From Syntrophales bacterium (GTDB taxonomy: Bacteria; Desulfobacterota; Syntrophia; Syntrophales; UBA2210), in assembly GCA_963666365.2 (NCBI GenBank), contig CAXXNF010000002.1, positions 1,696,001 through 1,760,000 of the forward strand: a stretch of 64,000 nt of DNA. The letters are read 5' to 3'. The notes below the pieces were generated by a model, which was not told the origin of the DNA, ran no database searches, and was given only the letters and a program-made list of their open reading frames with translations. Shown here in pieces: positions 18,182 to 29,160 of this stretch; within the stretch, counting starts at the first letter, position 1; each line of letters opens with the position of its first letter. The position numbers and the translations under genes were made by a program.

Positions 18182-19747
18182 TCATCGATATTCCATCAGT
18201 TCCTGTTCCAGTGCTTTATAATTGCCGAGTATTTCTATCTTCCAGGTGTCCAGTGTCGTTCCCAGAAGCTGATCCAGTGTCGTCAGCGATGTCAAATAGG
18301 ATATAGTTTGCGTCACTTCCGCTTCCTGCCTGTCCACCAGCGTGTTCTGGAAACTTACCACCTGGAACAGCGTCGATCTGCCCGCATTAAGTTTGATTTT
18401 TTCGATTTCCAGTTTCTGTTGGGCCAGTTCAAGGCTCTTGCGGGCCCTGGAAAGGAGCGTCAGCTGCGTGTGCACATTCCGGACGGCATTGAGCACGTCC
18501 GTCTCCAGATCTTCCCTGGCCTCCTCCAGATTTAACCGGGCAACTTTTAAATTTCTCTTTGCCGAAAGGAGGCGTTGCCGCTTCACAAGTCGGTCATTGC
18601 CGTATATTTCAAAGGGAATCTTCAGGTTGAGGCCGATGTGCCAGTCGCGCCCCATGGCATCGTCCGCATCGTCTTTCCAGAGATAGGTATCATAGTCCTT
18701 CGCATATCCCCCAGTCAGATCCAGATTCCAGAGACGACTGTTTTCTTCTTCCATGAGCGCGAGTTCGCTCCGCGAGACATTGTTCACTCTCCGTATGTAG
18801 TCACTGTTGTTTTGCAAGGCAATATCCAGACAGGTCTGGTAGTCCGGTTTCATCTCCCGGAGAAAGACCTCGTCGGCGGGAATTATCGTAGTGCTTTTCT
18901 CTATGTCCAAGACGTCGAGAAGCGTCAGAAGGCTCGTGTCCAGGGTATTGAGGGCCTCCTCATAGCTGTACTCCTGGTCCGCAACCTGGGCCTCCGACTG
19001 GATCAGTTCATTGGCGGCCATTCTTCCCGTTTCAACAAGGATTTTATTTGTTTCCAGCTGTTTTTTCGCCTCTTCCAGCGCATTCTTGCGAATCTTGAGG
19101 TTGCGGGATGCTCTGTAGAAACTATTGTATGCCGAGATTACCGAGGCCACGGTGCTGCCGATGCTGTCTCTGAGATTGAAGAGGTTTTCCTGTTCCGTCA
19201 ACCGGGCCCTCACAAGCGTCGCCCTGTTATAGGCGACCCCTCCCCCCTTCAAGAGGGGCTGTGAAAATGTGATATCCCACCGGGAAGGCGTCATGGAGCT
19301 TGAAGAAGGCGCTCCGTCGGTCTTTCTCCGCAGGTCCTTGGATTGATTTTCCCATCCGAAGGCAATGCTGGCGCCTGTGGACAGTTTTTGCGTCGCGCTC
19401 AGAATGGCGCCGGCCTCCAGAGATTCAGAAATTGTTGTGCTTTTGCTCCCCAGCAGCGTTGCGTATGCGTCCGTATAGGTGCCGCCGGCAGCGACATCCA
19501 TTCTGATATTGGGAAGGAATTCCGCCTCGGCGATTCGCAAGTCGTATTTCTGAATCACCCGATTAAGATAGGCAATCGTGATATTTCTGTTGGAACGAAG
19601 AGCCAGCGACACCGCATCGGCCAAGGTTATCTCTATCGTTTTGCCTGTGGTGGGTTGTGTTCCCTCTTCATTGGCCGCCGCCCAGCCTGTTGCTGCCGTG
19701 AAGAAAACAATCGCGGCGAGAAGATAGCGGCTGATGGAGCATTTCAT
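18182..19747 (-). CDS. TolC family outer membrane efflux protein
   Basis: Signal peptide; ITLADAVSLAL..N; QPLLKG; helical repeats; first gene of the tripartite operon. Confidence 0.9.
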   Translation of the reverse strand: MKCSISRYLLAAIVFFTAATGWAAANEEGTQPTTGKTIEITLADAVSLALRSNRNITIAYLNRVIQKYDLRIAEAEFLPNIRMDVAAGGTYTDAYATLLGSKSTTISESLEAGAILSATQKLSTGASIAFGWENQSKDLRRKTDGAPSSSSMTPSRWDITFSQPLLKGGGVAYNRATLVRARLTEQENLFNLRDSIGSTVASVISAYNSFYRASRNLKIRKNALEEAKKQLETNKILVETGRMAANELIQSEAQVADQEYSYEEALNTLDTSLLTLLDVLDIEKSTTIIPADEVFLREMKPDYQTCLDIALQNNSDYIRRVNNVSRSELALMEEENSRLWNLDLTGGYAKDYDTYLWKDDADDAMGRDWHIGLNLKIPFEIYGNDRLVKRQRLLSAKRNLKVARLNLEEAREDLETDVLNAVRNVHTQLTLLSRARKSLELAQQKLEIEKIKLNAGRSTLFQVVSFQNTLVDRQEAEVTQTISYLTSLTTLDQLLGTTLDTWKIEILGNYKALEQELMEYR

Positions 19748-20107
19748 ATAGTGAAGCCTCGGTATCCATGGGAATTATTTTCACAAAACCCTCACACTGT
19801 CGCAGCCGCATACACTAAACTAATTCTTCAGACATGTCAAAGTATAATGGGCCCAAATCCAGGGCATGCGATCTCCCCTTTTGCAGTTATGGATCTCACG
19901 CTTTTGGCGTAGCGCTGCGAAACATCTTCCATCCGGATGCATTATGTGATATGTTGTGAAAATGACTGATTGATCACATCTTTACGCTCTTGGCTCATTT
20001 ATGTACTGTGCAGGGGTCAAGAGCAGCTTCTGCCCTTCTATCTCCTCTTTACACAATCCGTCACCAAATATTAAAGTGTGCGCATTGCGCACCAATAGGA
20101 GCAACAA

Positions 20108-21013
20108 ATGCTGAATTTTTTGCCGTACCGGCTGGTGGGATTGATATCCATATCCCTGCTGGCATTGAACGTGATATTCTGGACGTCGATTCTGTTCGTG
20201 CTGGCCTTTTTCAAACTTGTATTGCCGCTGCCTCCGTTGCGTCGCCTCTTCGACAGGGTTCTGACGTGGCTCGCGGAAAACTGGATCGCCTGCAACGGTC
20301 TGTGGATCAAACTTACCCGCAGAACCGCCTGGGACGTGGAAGGACTGCAAGACTTACACTTTCGGGGTTGGTATTTGGTGATCAGCAATCATCAATCCTG
20401 GGTGGATATCTTTGTTCTGCAAAAAATCTTAAATCGCCGCATCCCCTTAATGAAATTTTTTCTCAAGCGCGAACTTATATGGGTGCCCTTTATGGGACTG
20501 GCCTGGTGGGCACTGGATTTTCCCTTTCTGCGCCGCTATAGCGCCCAATATCTAAAAAGAAATCCCACACATCGGGGAAAGGATTTTGAAACTACCCGCA
20601 AGGCCTGCGCAAAGTTTACGCACATCCCGACCAGCGTGATGAATTTTCTGGAGGGAACGCGCTTTACAGAAGCCAAGCACATCATGCAGAATCGACCATA
20701 TCAATATCTTCTGAAACCCAAAGCGGGCGGCATTGGCCTGGCATTGAGCGTATTGGGAGATAAATTTCAGTCCCTTTTGAACGTGACGATCGTCTATCCA
20801 GAAGGTATCCCGACTTTCTGGGGATTTTTGTGCGGTAAAGTGACACGAGTCTCAGTACGAGTGACATCGCAGAAAATACCGCAACAGTTTTTCAACGGCG
20901 ATTACGAAAATGACGGCGAATTCCGCACTGCCTTTCAGCAGTGGGTGCAGGGCCTGTGGCAGGACAAGGATAGGCAAATTGCAGCCGTGCTGGAGGAGGC
21001 GCACGCATCATAA
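20108..21013 (+). CDS. PlsC-family acyltransferase (YihG-like)
   Basis: NHQSWVD, FFLKRELIWVP, FLEGTRFT, LLKPKAGG. Confidence 0.9.
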   Translation: MLNFLPYRLVGLISISLLALNVIFWTSILFVLAFFKLVLPLPPLRRLFDRVLTWLAENWIACNGLWIKLTRRTAWDVEGLQDLHFRGWYLVISNHQSWVDIFVLQKILNRRIPLMKFFLKRELIWVPFMGLAWWALDFPFLRRYSAQYLKRNPTHRGKDFETTRKACAKFTHIPTSVMNFLEGTRFTEAKHIMQNRPYQYLLKPKAGGIGLALSVLGDKFQSLLNVTIVYPEGIPTFWGFLCGKVTRVSVRVTSQKIPQQFFNGDYENDGEFRTAFQQWVQGLWQDKDRQIAAVLEEAHAS

Positions 21014-21077
21014 TAATAAGGCCTGTGCCTCCCAGTCGGTTGTATTTTTACGCCACCGTGACGTGTAGCGCTGATGC

Positions 21078-22340
21078 TTACCGGGCAGCATGCCCCCTGT
21101 CACTGAAGGACCGTCGCCTCTGTCGTCCGGATGTCTGCGTCCTGGGCGCAAAATGCCTTTTGCCGTTACTCGGCTTTATGCCCTGAAACACATAAGTCCC
21201 GAGGGACTCATAGGCCTGCGGGCTGATTGTTAATCCCTCAACAGTCTGGAATTGTAACTTTTCTCCCAGCAGTCTCTTGAGGGAACGCAAAAGATCGACA
21301 TCCTGCCCGGTAATAAAGCTGAAGGCGTCGCCTGTCTTCGCAGCACGGCCTGTTCTCCCGATACGATGGGTGTATGCGTCTGTCGTATCCGGCATATCAT
21401 AGTTAATTACATGAGAAATGCGGGTCACGTCGATGCCGCGGGCGGCAATATCAGTGGCAACCATCACCTCATACCTACCATCCCTGAATCCATCGAGTGA
21501 CTGCTTACGTTTTTGCTGCGTAAGATTGCCATGCAGCGATGTCACCTTATGCCCGATTTTTGCTAATTGTACGGCCAGGCTTTTTGCACGCGATTTTGTT
21601 CTGGTAAACACCAGTACTGACTGGGTGTGAGTTTTCTCAAGAATATCAGCCAGCAATGCGATTTTCTGATCCATGGGAATCGGATAAAATTTATGTGAAA
21701 CCGTCATCACCGGCACGGTATGCCCGATCTGAATATTGACAGGATCACGCAGAAGATCATTGGCCAGGCGTCTGATCTCGGTGGGCATGGTGGCGGAGAA
21801 AAGCAAGGTCTGGCGAGCAACCGGCAGATGGCTTACAATCTTCCTGATATCCGGAAGGAATCCCATATCAAACATATGGTCCGCCTCATCCAATACGAGC
21901 ATTTCCACGGAAGACAAATCGATCGTGCCGCGCCCGATATGATCGAGCAGGCGGCCGGGACAGGCAGAGATGATTTCAACGTTGCCGCGCAGTGCGGCAA
22001 TCTGGGCGCTGATGCTTACACCGCCGTAGACAGTGGCACTGCAAAGCTTTGTTTTCCGTCCCAATTGCATGATCGCTTCATGGGTCTGCTCAGTTAATTC
22101 ACGAGTCGGCGCAACAATAAGGGCGCGTATGCGACCGCGACGCCCCTGCATCAGACGCTGTAAAATCGGCAACACAAAGGCGGCGGTTTTCCCTGTCCCC
22201 GTCTGGGCCAATCCCATCACATCCCTACCCTCCATGATTGGGGGAATAGACTGTGCCTGAATGGGAGTCGGCGTCCGATATCCGGCTGCCGCAACAGCGG
22301 TAAGTATTTTTTCATTAAACTTGAACTTCTCAAAACTCAT
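21078..22340 (-). CDS. rhlE: DEAD-box RNA helicase (RhlE-like)
   Basis: AQTGTGKT, PTREL, DEAD, SAT, ARGID, HRIGRTGR. Confidence 0.88.
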   Translation of the reverse strand: MSFEKFKFNEKILTAVAAAGYRTPTPIQAQSIPPIMEGRDVMGLAQTGTGKTAAFVLPILQRLMQGRRGRIRALIVAPTRELTEQTHEAIMQLGRKTKLCSATVYGGVSISAQIAALRGNVEIISACPGRLLDHIGRGTIDLSSVEMLVLDEADHMFDMGFLPDIRKIVSHLPVARQTLLFSATMPTEIRRLANDLLRDPVNIQIGHTVPVMTVSHKFYPIPMDQKIALLADILEKTHTQSVLVFTRTKSRAKSLAVQLAKIGHKVTSLHGNLTQQKRKQSLDGFRDGRYEVMVATDIAARGIDVTRISHVINYDMPDTTDAYTHRIGRTGRAAKTGDAFSFITGQDVDLLRSLKRLLGEKLQFQTVEGLTISPQAYESLGTYVFQGIKPSNGKRHFAPRTQTSGRQRRRSFSDRGHAAR

Positions 22341-22630
22341 TTTTTATCCTTCGTTTCTTTCTATGGTACCAGCTTCTATTGTAGGGCATGAACCCACTTG
22401 CACCGTCATGGGGCCGGTAAAGCCCATCCATTCACAGGCCTCTCCGGCGCCGGGAAGACAGGTTCCACAGACAGCATCACATCTGGATTCTCTTCTTGAT
22501 TAGCGGGATTATCCTTAACAGATTTCCTATGAAGAAAGGTGGGAAGGTCAATATCTATCGCTATTCTTGGCGTTCTTCTACAGGGAATGCGCATAAATAG
22601 CAAGCTTTATTTTTTACTGATATCCCTTTC

Positions 22631-23617
22631 TCATTTCATCAAACCCGTCTCTTTGTAGTACTTCATGGCGCCGGTATGAATAGGCGCCGACAGGGCTTCC
22701 AGCATATTCTCTTTCGTGAGCACTTCGAATGCCGGATGGAGTGTCTTGAAATGTTGCAGATTTTCAAACAATTCTTGTGTGATGGCGTACACGATATCGT
22801 CGGGCATGTCCGAACTGGTACAGAAGGTCGCCTTTACGGCAAAAGTGTGCGGATTTTCTCTGTTACTTGCCATCGGGTAGAATTTGATCGGTATGTATGC
22901 CTTCGCATAGTAGGGCCATTTCGCGACGAGCCCGTCTATCCCGGGCCCTTCGATAGGAACGAAGTGCACCTTTCGCCTGCCGCCGGTGGCCTCCTTTATC
23001 GACTCGCTGGGATTTCCCACGGTATAAAAGAAGGCGTCGATTCTTCCATCCTTAAGCATGTGTGTCGATTCATCGGCCCTTACCCCTTCAGCCCGCAACT
23101 CCTTTTGCCAGTCAATACCGCATGCCTCAAGGGCATCGATGGCATTGCCGCGCTGACCCGATCCGGGATTTCCTATGTTGACATATTTTCCTCTCAGATC
23201 CCTCAGGGTTTCGATGCCTCTATCGTCACCTGCGATCAGCATCACCGTCTCCGGGTGAAAACTGCATATGGCGCGAAGCTTCTTTTGCGGGCCCTTGTCC
23301 TTCCAGTTTTTCAATCCCTTCCAGGCTTGATACTGTCTGTCCGACTGCACGATGCCGAACTCAAGATCGCCGGTCATAATGGCGTTCAAATTGAAGACCG
23401 ACCCTTCCGTCGACTCGACGATTATCTTCAAATTATAGTGATCACTTTTCTTGTTGACGAGAGTACTGATGGCGCCCCCAGTCGGATAATATATGCCGGT
23501 AACGGCGCCCGTTCCTATCGTGACATATCTTGGGTCAGCCGAACAGACATTCGCTGATCCACAGACACAAACGACTCCAAGGGCAATCGCTATTCCAACT
23601 ATCGCTATTTTCCTCAC
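22631..23617 (-). CDS. TAXI family TRAP solute receptor
   Basis: TIGTG..TGIYYP.GG, STEGSV.N, GNPGSG, PIH.GA..YY; signal peptide; GTG start. Confidence 0.92.
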   Translation of the reverse strand: MRKIAIVGIAIALGVVCVCGSANVCSADPRYVTIGTGAVTGIYYPTGGAISTLVNKKSDHYNLKIIVESTEGSVFNLNAIMTGDLEFGIVQSDRQYQAWKGLKNWKDKGPQKKLRAICSFHPETVMLIAGDDRGIETLRDLRGKYVNIGNPGSGQRGNAIDALEACGIDWQKELRAEGVRADESTHMLKDGRIDAFFYTVGNPSESIKEATGGRRKVHFVPIEGPGIDGLVAKWPYYAKAYIPIKFYPMASNRENPHTFAVKATFCTSSDMPDDIVYAITQELFENLQHFKTLHPAFEVLTKENMLEALSAPIHTGAMKYYKETGLMK

Positions 23618-23757
23618 TCCAATTCCTCCTCCAGTGCAAAGAAACAGAAAATATTTTCAGATAACAGGGCAACGGATTTAAAGTGGAATGCTTCGGGAAA
23701 CGGATGTATATCTTTCTCATTGATGCCATAGGGCCACCGTCGCACACGGTTCTTTAG

Positions 23758-24765
23758 TCACGCCATCCGATTTTGCCGGCCGACGATCAGGACGATTTTC
23801 CCGATATGAGCGCTTGATTCCATGAGCCGGTGCGCATCGGCGGCCTCCGCCAGGGGAAAGGTTCGGTCGATGAGCGGTTTGATACGCCCCTCTTCAATGA
23901 GAGGCCAGACATATCTGCCCAATGACCGGGCAATGTCCGCCTTCACTTCGGAAGACCGGGGGCGGAGAGTGGAACCGGTAAGGGTCAGTCGCTTCACCAT
24001 GATCGGCATGAAGTCAATCTGCACTTTCGAACCTCGCAGAAAGGCAATATTGACGATCCTCCCGTCCTTTGCCGCCAGGGCTATATTGCGGCCTACGTAT
24101 TCCCCTCCCACCATGTCGAGAACGACATCGATGCCAGCGCCTCCGGTCGCATTTTTCAGCACCGTGACATAATCCTCGGTGCGATAGTTCACGGCTATTT
24201 CAGCGCCCAGGGTTTCGCATACCCTGCATTTCTGGGGGCTCCCTGCGGTAGTGAATACCCGGGCGCCGAAGGCCTTCGCCATCTGAATGGCCGTGGTTCC
24301 GATACCGCTTGTCCCCCCGTGAACGAGAAACGACTCCCCTGCCTTCAAACCGGCCCGGTCAAAGACATTGCTCCACACGGTAAAGCATGTCTCCGGCAAG
24401 GCCGCCGCCTCCGTCATATCGAGACCCTTCGGCACGGGCAGGCATTGCGTTTCCGGTACGGCAACGTAGCCGGCATAGCCCCCGCCGTTGGCAAGGGCGC
24501 AGACGTGGTCTCCTTTTTCCCACAGGCGGCATCCCTTTCCGAGGGCAGCCACTTCGCCTGCCACTTCCAGACCGAGTATCGGTGATGCGCCCGGAGGTGG
24601 AGGATACATGCCTTTCCGCTGCACAATATCGGGACGGTTGACCCCCGCGGCGGCCACTTTTATCACCAATTCGCCCCGCCCCGGTTCCGGACGGGCCCCC
24701 TCGCGCAACTGAAGCACTTCCGGCCCTCCCGGTCCTGTCATTTCGATATAGTTCATGGAAATCAT
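23758..24765 (-). CDS. NAD(P)H-quinone oxidoreductase, PIG3/zeta-crystallin family
   Basis: GVNRPD..QR.G.YPPPPG, GLEVAG, HGGTSGIG, GSTLR, HIGKIVL. Confidence 0.92.
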   Translation of the reverse strand: MISMNYIEMTGPGGPEVLQLREGARPEPGRGELVIKVAAAGVNRPDIVQRKGMYPPPPGASPILGLEVAGEVAALGKGCRLWEKGDHVCALANGGGYAGYVAVPETQCLPVPKGLDMTEAAALPETCFTVWSNVFDRAGLKAGESFLVHGGTSGIGTTAIQMAKAFGARVFTTAGSPQKCRVCETLGAEIAVNYRTEDYVTVLKNATGGAGIDVVLDMVGGEYVGRNIALAAKDGRIVNIAFLRGSKVQIDFMPIMVKRLTLTGSTLRPRSSEVKADIARSLGRYVWPLIEEGRIKPLIDRTFPLAEAADAHRLMESSAHIGKIVLIVGRQNRMA

Positions 24766-24813
24766 TCCTTCCTCACGGAACATCTTCTTTTCAAAGGGAT
24801 GCAGCACCTTCGC

Positions 24814-25884
24814 CTAATCGCCAAAGAAGTTCTTCATTCCGACAAGCAGGTTCAGGTCCCCCTCAATACGATATTTGCCCTGCATAAACATCTCCTGGCC
24901 GTCGGCCTTTCCGGTCAGAATATCCATCCAGAGATCAAAAGGGCTGTAAACGGTAAGATCTGCCTTTTCCGCCTTCCCTACTTTCGCCCAAATCGACCCG
25001 TTTTCGATTGAAAGACAGCAGTCCCCTTCGATACCTCCTGTAAAGACGAACTGGATCAACGCCTTGGCATCACCCGCCTTTTGGGGGTTGAATCCCATTT
25101 TCATCAGCCCCGCAAACGCCCGCAGGGAAAGAGGCCGCGGCATCATTCGCCGTTTCTGAAATTCGGGAAGCGTTATCCCCTCGTCAATACAGGTCTGCCA
25201 TGCCGAGTTCGCCACCTCGGTCATGGTCTCTATATCACGGCCCAACGTCTGAGTAATGGCGGACAGGGTCTTTTCGGAAATCGTGCGTGTGGCCACAAGC
25301 TCTCTTCCCGCTTCGCGAGTCGCTGCAAGAATTTCCTCGCGCTTTTTGGCGTCGTTCTCCATCCCCTCTGCACCATCCCGATAGATCTCGGCCCACAGTG
25401 CGTCACGCTTACCTCCGTACATGTAGTGCATGTAATTTGACAGGGCATCGAAGGCCGAGGGAGCAGGAAATCCCGCAACCGAAAGTATGACCGCTGCAGG
25501 TGGTTGTTGTCTCAGCGGGTGATGCCACCGACCCTTTTCTTCATAAAGGAAGGGTTCGCAGACGGGAAAACACCGTTCGAAAAAGGCCTTCATGGGGGCA
25601 TTGACCGTATGGATAAAAAGCGGCGTTCCATAGACGCACAGATCCGATTCAAGCCATTTCGGATAGAGCTCATTGGTCATGTCGTCCTTATGGATGCAGC
25701 GCCCCGGCGTCTTTGTCATACAGGTAAAACAGCCTATGCAATAATGAATCTTTTTTTCACGCAATTTCACCACGTCAACCTCTGCGCCGGCCTCGCGCAT
25801 ACCCTGCACAAGATGGCCAAGCAACAGCGCCGTCTTGCTCTGGCTGTCGGGCCGCGTACTCGAATTGATGGCCAATACCTTCAT
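24814..25884 (-). CDS. Iron-sulfur flavoprotein/flavodoxin-like protein fused to a C-terminal SCP2 lipid-binding domain
   Basis: INSSTR, CIGCFTC...C..KDDM; C-terminal FNP.KAG...IQF.FTG...MFMQGK..IEGD. Confidence 0.82.
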   Translation of the reverse strand: MKVLAINSSTRPDSQSKTALLLGHLVQGMREAGAEVDVVKLREKKIHYCIGCFTCMTKTPGRCIHKDDMTNELYPKWLESDLCVYGTPLFIHTVNAPMKAFFERCFPVCEPFLYEEKGRWHHPLRQQPPAAVILSVAGFPAPSAFDALSNYMHYMYGGKRDALWAEIYRDGAEGMENDAKKREEILAATREAGRELVATRTISEKTLSAITQTLGRDIETMTEVANSAWQTCIDEGITLPEFQKRRMMPRPLSLRAFAGLMKMGFNPQKAGDAKALIQFVFTGGIEGDCCLSIENGSIWAKVGKAEKADLTVYSPFDLWMDILTGKADGQEMFMQGKYRIEGDLNLLVGMKNFFGD

Positions 25885-25946
25885 GTACTTTTCCTTTCTG
25901 AAAGACATACTTCAAGAAAGTTGTCTGTTCATACATCTCCTCACTG

Positions 25947-26936
25947 TCATTCCCGAAAGCGACCCAGGCTTTTTGCAAGCACTTCTTCCGCCTCTTTTAC
26001 AATGCCCTCGAGCAGTTCCTTACAGGTGACCACATCGTGAATCAGACCAATGGACTGACCTACGGCGATCAAACCCTTGTTCATTTCTCCCTCCTGCCAG
26101 ATTTCATCGCCAAGAGCGCCGGCTATATGCGGGATAATTTCATCCAGGCCGCCACCGCGGGCTTCAATTTTCAGGACCTCACGCATGGAATCGTTCAGGA
26201 GTCCCCGCCCCTGCAATCCGATGGAGTTTCCGTAAAGCACGGTTTCGTTTTCCTGCCGGCGGATCAGTTCCTCATAGACCTTTTCATGCACCTTGCACTC
26301 CCGGGTGTTGATAAACCGGGTCGCCATCATGATGCCTTCAGCCCCCAGGCACAATGCCGCGGCCAACCCCCGGCCGTCGGCCATCCCGCCCGTGGTTATC
26401 ACAGGGATCTTCAATTCTTCCGCCATGCGCGGCGTCAAGACGGTGGTCGCCACGTTCTCATTCAGGGGATGTCCGCCCTCTTCCACCCCGGCGGCAAACA
26501 CCGCATCATAGCCGGCTTTCTCCACGTATTTCCCATGCTTGACAGAACCCACCTTGTGAATGAGCTTCGTTCCGGCGTCTTTTATTTTCTTAAGATACAG
26601 ACCATCCTTGTAGCGATTCAGGGGAAGACCGCTGATTTCCAGCGCCGCCACCTTCTCTTCGGCAATAGTCTCAAAATACATGTCATACCGATCATCGGCA
26701 ATGCCGATAGAGGGCAGCAGGGTCACGTTCACAATAAAGGGCTTATCGGTAAGGTCTCTCACATCCTGAATAGCGCCTCGAAAGGCCTCTTTGTCCTCAT
26801 ACATGGCCGCCGTCAGATTTCCCAGACCCCCGGCATTCGAAATGGCCGCACAGAGCGGCGGATAGGCCAGCCGCATCATGCCGCCGCACACAATCGGACA
26901 AGTGATTCCCATCATCTCAGTAAGTCGTGTTTTCAT
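25947..26936 (-). CDS. Nitronate monooxygenase/FabK-like flavoprotein
   Basis: PIVCGGM, SNAGGLG, EEGGH, GGMADGRG.AAAL.LGA.G..M.TRF. Confidence 0.88.
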   Translation of the reverse strand: MKTRLTEMMGITCPIVCGGMMRLAYPPLCAAISNAGGLGNLTAAMYEDKEAFRGAIQDVRDLTDKPFIVNVTLLPSIGIADDRYDMYFETIAEEKVAALEISGLPLNRYKDGLYLKKIKDAGTKLIHKVGSVKHGKYVEKAGYDAVFAAGVEEGGHPLNENVATTVLTPRMAEELKIPVITTGGMADGRGLAAALCLGAEGIMMATRFINTRECKVHEKVYEELIRRQENETVLYGNSIGLQGRGLLNDSMREVLKIEARGGGLDEIIPHIAGALGDEIWQEGEMNKGLIAVGQSIGLIHDVVTCKELLEGIVKEAEEVLAKSLGRFRE

Positions 26937-26984
26937 TTTTCTGCTCCTTTTTCATCATGTAGTTATTATTGCATCCCATAGGCT

Positions 26985-28913
26985 CTACAATTCACATCCG
27001 ACCCTGAATCCATCGGCAATCGCTGCCGCAATCTGCCCCGGCGTGGTGCAGGAACCGATTTCGTACAGCGGGATGCCCCCTGTTTTAAGCTCAGAGGCCA
27101 GGCCGCGTTCACTCTTTAATCCCGCCGCAACTATCACGGTGCCTGCGGGAATTTCTTCGCGCCGGCCCTTGTCGTCCTCGACAACGACGCCACCCTCGGC
27201 AATCTCCACAACGGTACAGGAGGTGCGAATGGTCATTTTTTTGCGCAGTCGCGATATCATGCCCCATCTCATCGAGGGGCCCACATCGGCGCCGATGCTC
27301 GGAAGCATTTCAACCACAGTCACATGGTGCCCCAGTTCTGCGAGAAATTCCGCCGTTTCAAGCCCGATTAGGCCGCCGCCGATAATAACCACTTTCTGAA
27401 AGGTCGAAACCGTTTCCCTCAGCACGTCGAGGGCATGCACGACATGCTCTTTCTCGATACCGGGAATGGGAGGAATGAAGCCCCTCGCACCGGTGGCAAC
27501 CACCACCGCATCAGGGCGCATGGCCGAGATTATTTCGGGCGTACATTCTTCGCCCAATCGCAGAGTCATCGGCAGCAACTCCATCTGATGCGTATAATAA
27601 TCAATGATATTTTTCAACTCCTCCTTGTGGGGCGGGATTACAGCCGTGTGCAGCATACCGCCGAGTCTTTTTTCCCGTTCAAAGAGGGTCACGTTATGTC
27701 CCCTGCGGGCAGCCACACGGGCCGCCTCCAGACCTGCAGGACCGGCGCCTACGACAACAATGTTTTTCACATTATCCACCGGCGCCAGAAGGTGTTCTCC
27801 CTCGCGACCCAGCTCGGGATTTACGGCACAGGCAAGAGAAACCTCTTCAACACCGTGCATACCGTTCATCAGTTGATCAAAACAGTAGCAGCAGGCGGTG
27901 CAACGCCTGATCTCGTCAAGACGCCCTTCTTCCGTCTTTATGACAAAATCGGGATCGCTGAGAAGCGGACGCGCAAGACCAATCAGGTCCGCTTCACCTT
28001 TGTGCAGGATTTCTGCAGCCACTGAGGGATCATTTATCCTTCCCACAGTCGCAACAGGAACGTCAACAACCTGCTTGATCGCCGCCGCCAGATAGCTGAA
28101 AGCGCCACGGGAAACAAACATGGGCAGCATGGGCCTCGTCGCCTCGTGCCACCCCGCCCAGATATGAAGCCGATCGGCGCCGGCACTCACGAAACAGGGC
28201 GCGAGCAGCAAGGAATCCTGAAGCGTCTTTCCTCCTTCGAGACCGTCTTCGGCATCGAATTTCACGCAGACATTGAAATCATCACCCACAAGAGTGCGTG
28301 TCTTTTTGAGAATCGAGAGAAGAAAGGTCGCCCTTCCCAGCACGTCGCCCCCGAATTTGTCACTCCGCTCATTGGTCAGGGGAGAAAGAAACTGACTGAT
28401 CAGGTAGCCTGAGCACCCGCAAAATTCCACCCCGTCGAAGCCGGCCTTACGCGCTCTGAGTGCCGCCCGGGCGAAAGCCTCGATCAGCTCTTCCGCCTCC
28501 AACGTCGAGAGTTCCCGCGGCATTTCTCCCGTATAGCGCGAGGCGATAGCGGAAGGCGCCACCGGTTGCTGTCCAATCATCCACGAAGGGGCGTAGCGAC
28601 CGGCATGATTAAGCTGGGCTATTATCTTGGCGCCGGCCTCATGGACCGCCTTCACAACCGCTTGATACTTCACAATTCCCCTGTCCGTTTCAAGAGAAGC
28701 CACTTTCTTCTCTCCCACTCCGCCACTGGGGTGCACACTGATGACTCCGGTGGTTATCATGCCCACTCCCCCGCGGGCCCGCGCCACCAGGTATTCACTC
28801 AATTGATCCATGGAAAAGGTATGTCCCATGGGCGCCATAAAAAACCTGTTTTTCACTGTGAGGTTTTCCATAACGAGTGGTTCAAACAAAATATCCAGTC
28901 GCCTGTCTCTCAT
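26985..28913 (-). CDS. FadH-like 2,4-dienoyl-CoA reductase / OYE-family FMN-[4Fe-4S]-FAD oxidoreductase
   Basis: KNRFFMAPM, QLNHAGR, GYLISQFLSP.TN.R.D, GWHE, CTACCYC...CAVNP, GAGPAG, GGGLIG. Confidence 0.88.
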   Translation of the reverse strand: MRDRRLDILFEPLVMENLTVKNRFFMAPMGHTFSMDQLSEYLVARARGGVGMITTGVISVHPSGGVGEKKVASLETDRGIVKYQAVVKAVHEAGAKIIAQLNHAGRYAPSWMIGQQPVAPSAIASRYTGEMPRELSTLEAEELIEAFARAALRARKAGFDGVEFCGCSGYLISQFLSPLTNERSDKFGGDVLGRATFLLSILKKTRTLVGDDFNVCVKFDAEDGLEGGKTLQDSLLLAPCFVSAGADRLHIWAGWHEATRPMLPMFVSRGAFSYLAAAIKQVVDVPVATVGRINDPSVAAEILHKGEADLIGLARPLLSDPDFVIKTEEGRLDEIRRCTACCYCFDQLMNGMHGVEEVSLACAVNPELGREGEHLLAPVDNVKNIVVVGAGPAGLEAARVAARRGHNVTLFEREKRLGGMLHTAVIPPHKEELKNIIDYYTHQMELLPMTLRLGEECTPEIISAMRPDAVVVATGARGFIPPIPGIEKEHVVHALDVLRETVSTFQKVVIIGGGLIGLETAEFLAELGHHVTVVEMLPSIGADVGPSMRWGMISRLRKKMTIRTSCTVVEIAEGGVVVEDDKGRREEIPAGTVIVAAGLKSERGLASELKTGGIPLYEIGSCTTPGQIAAAIADGFRVGCEL

Positions 28914-29093
28914 ACCCTGTACTCCTTGTCAGCATTTTACAAATATATGGGTTTCGTTCCTCAAAATCCTCTTCACGACCGCATGAATCCCAAATTCGGA
29001 AGCTTGAATCGGGTTATTAATCGGAGGGCGGCGCCAGGACTCTCGGGCGGCATGGGCAGAAGAAGCAGAGGTCACTTCTCTAATGCAATATAT

Positions 29094-29109
29094 AGCCAAA
29101 ACTGTGCCA
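29094..29109 (-). promoter_or_regulatory. sigma54 -24/-12 promoter of the FadH-like operon
   Basis: TGGCACAGTTTTGGCT with correct GG-N10-GC spacing; divergent from a sigma54 activator. Confidence 0.75.
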
Positions 29110-29160
29110 TAAACAATATGCAATAAAATCAAAATATTGTTATCGGAACGCATGGAATAT

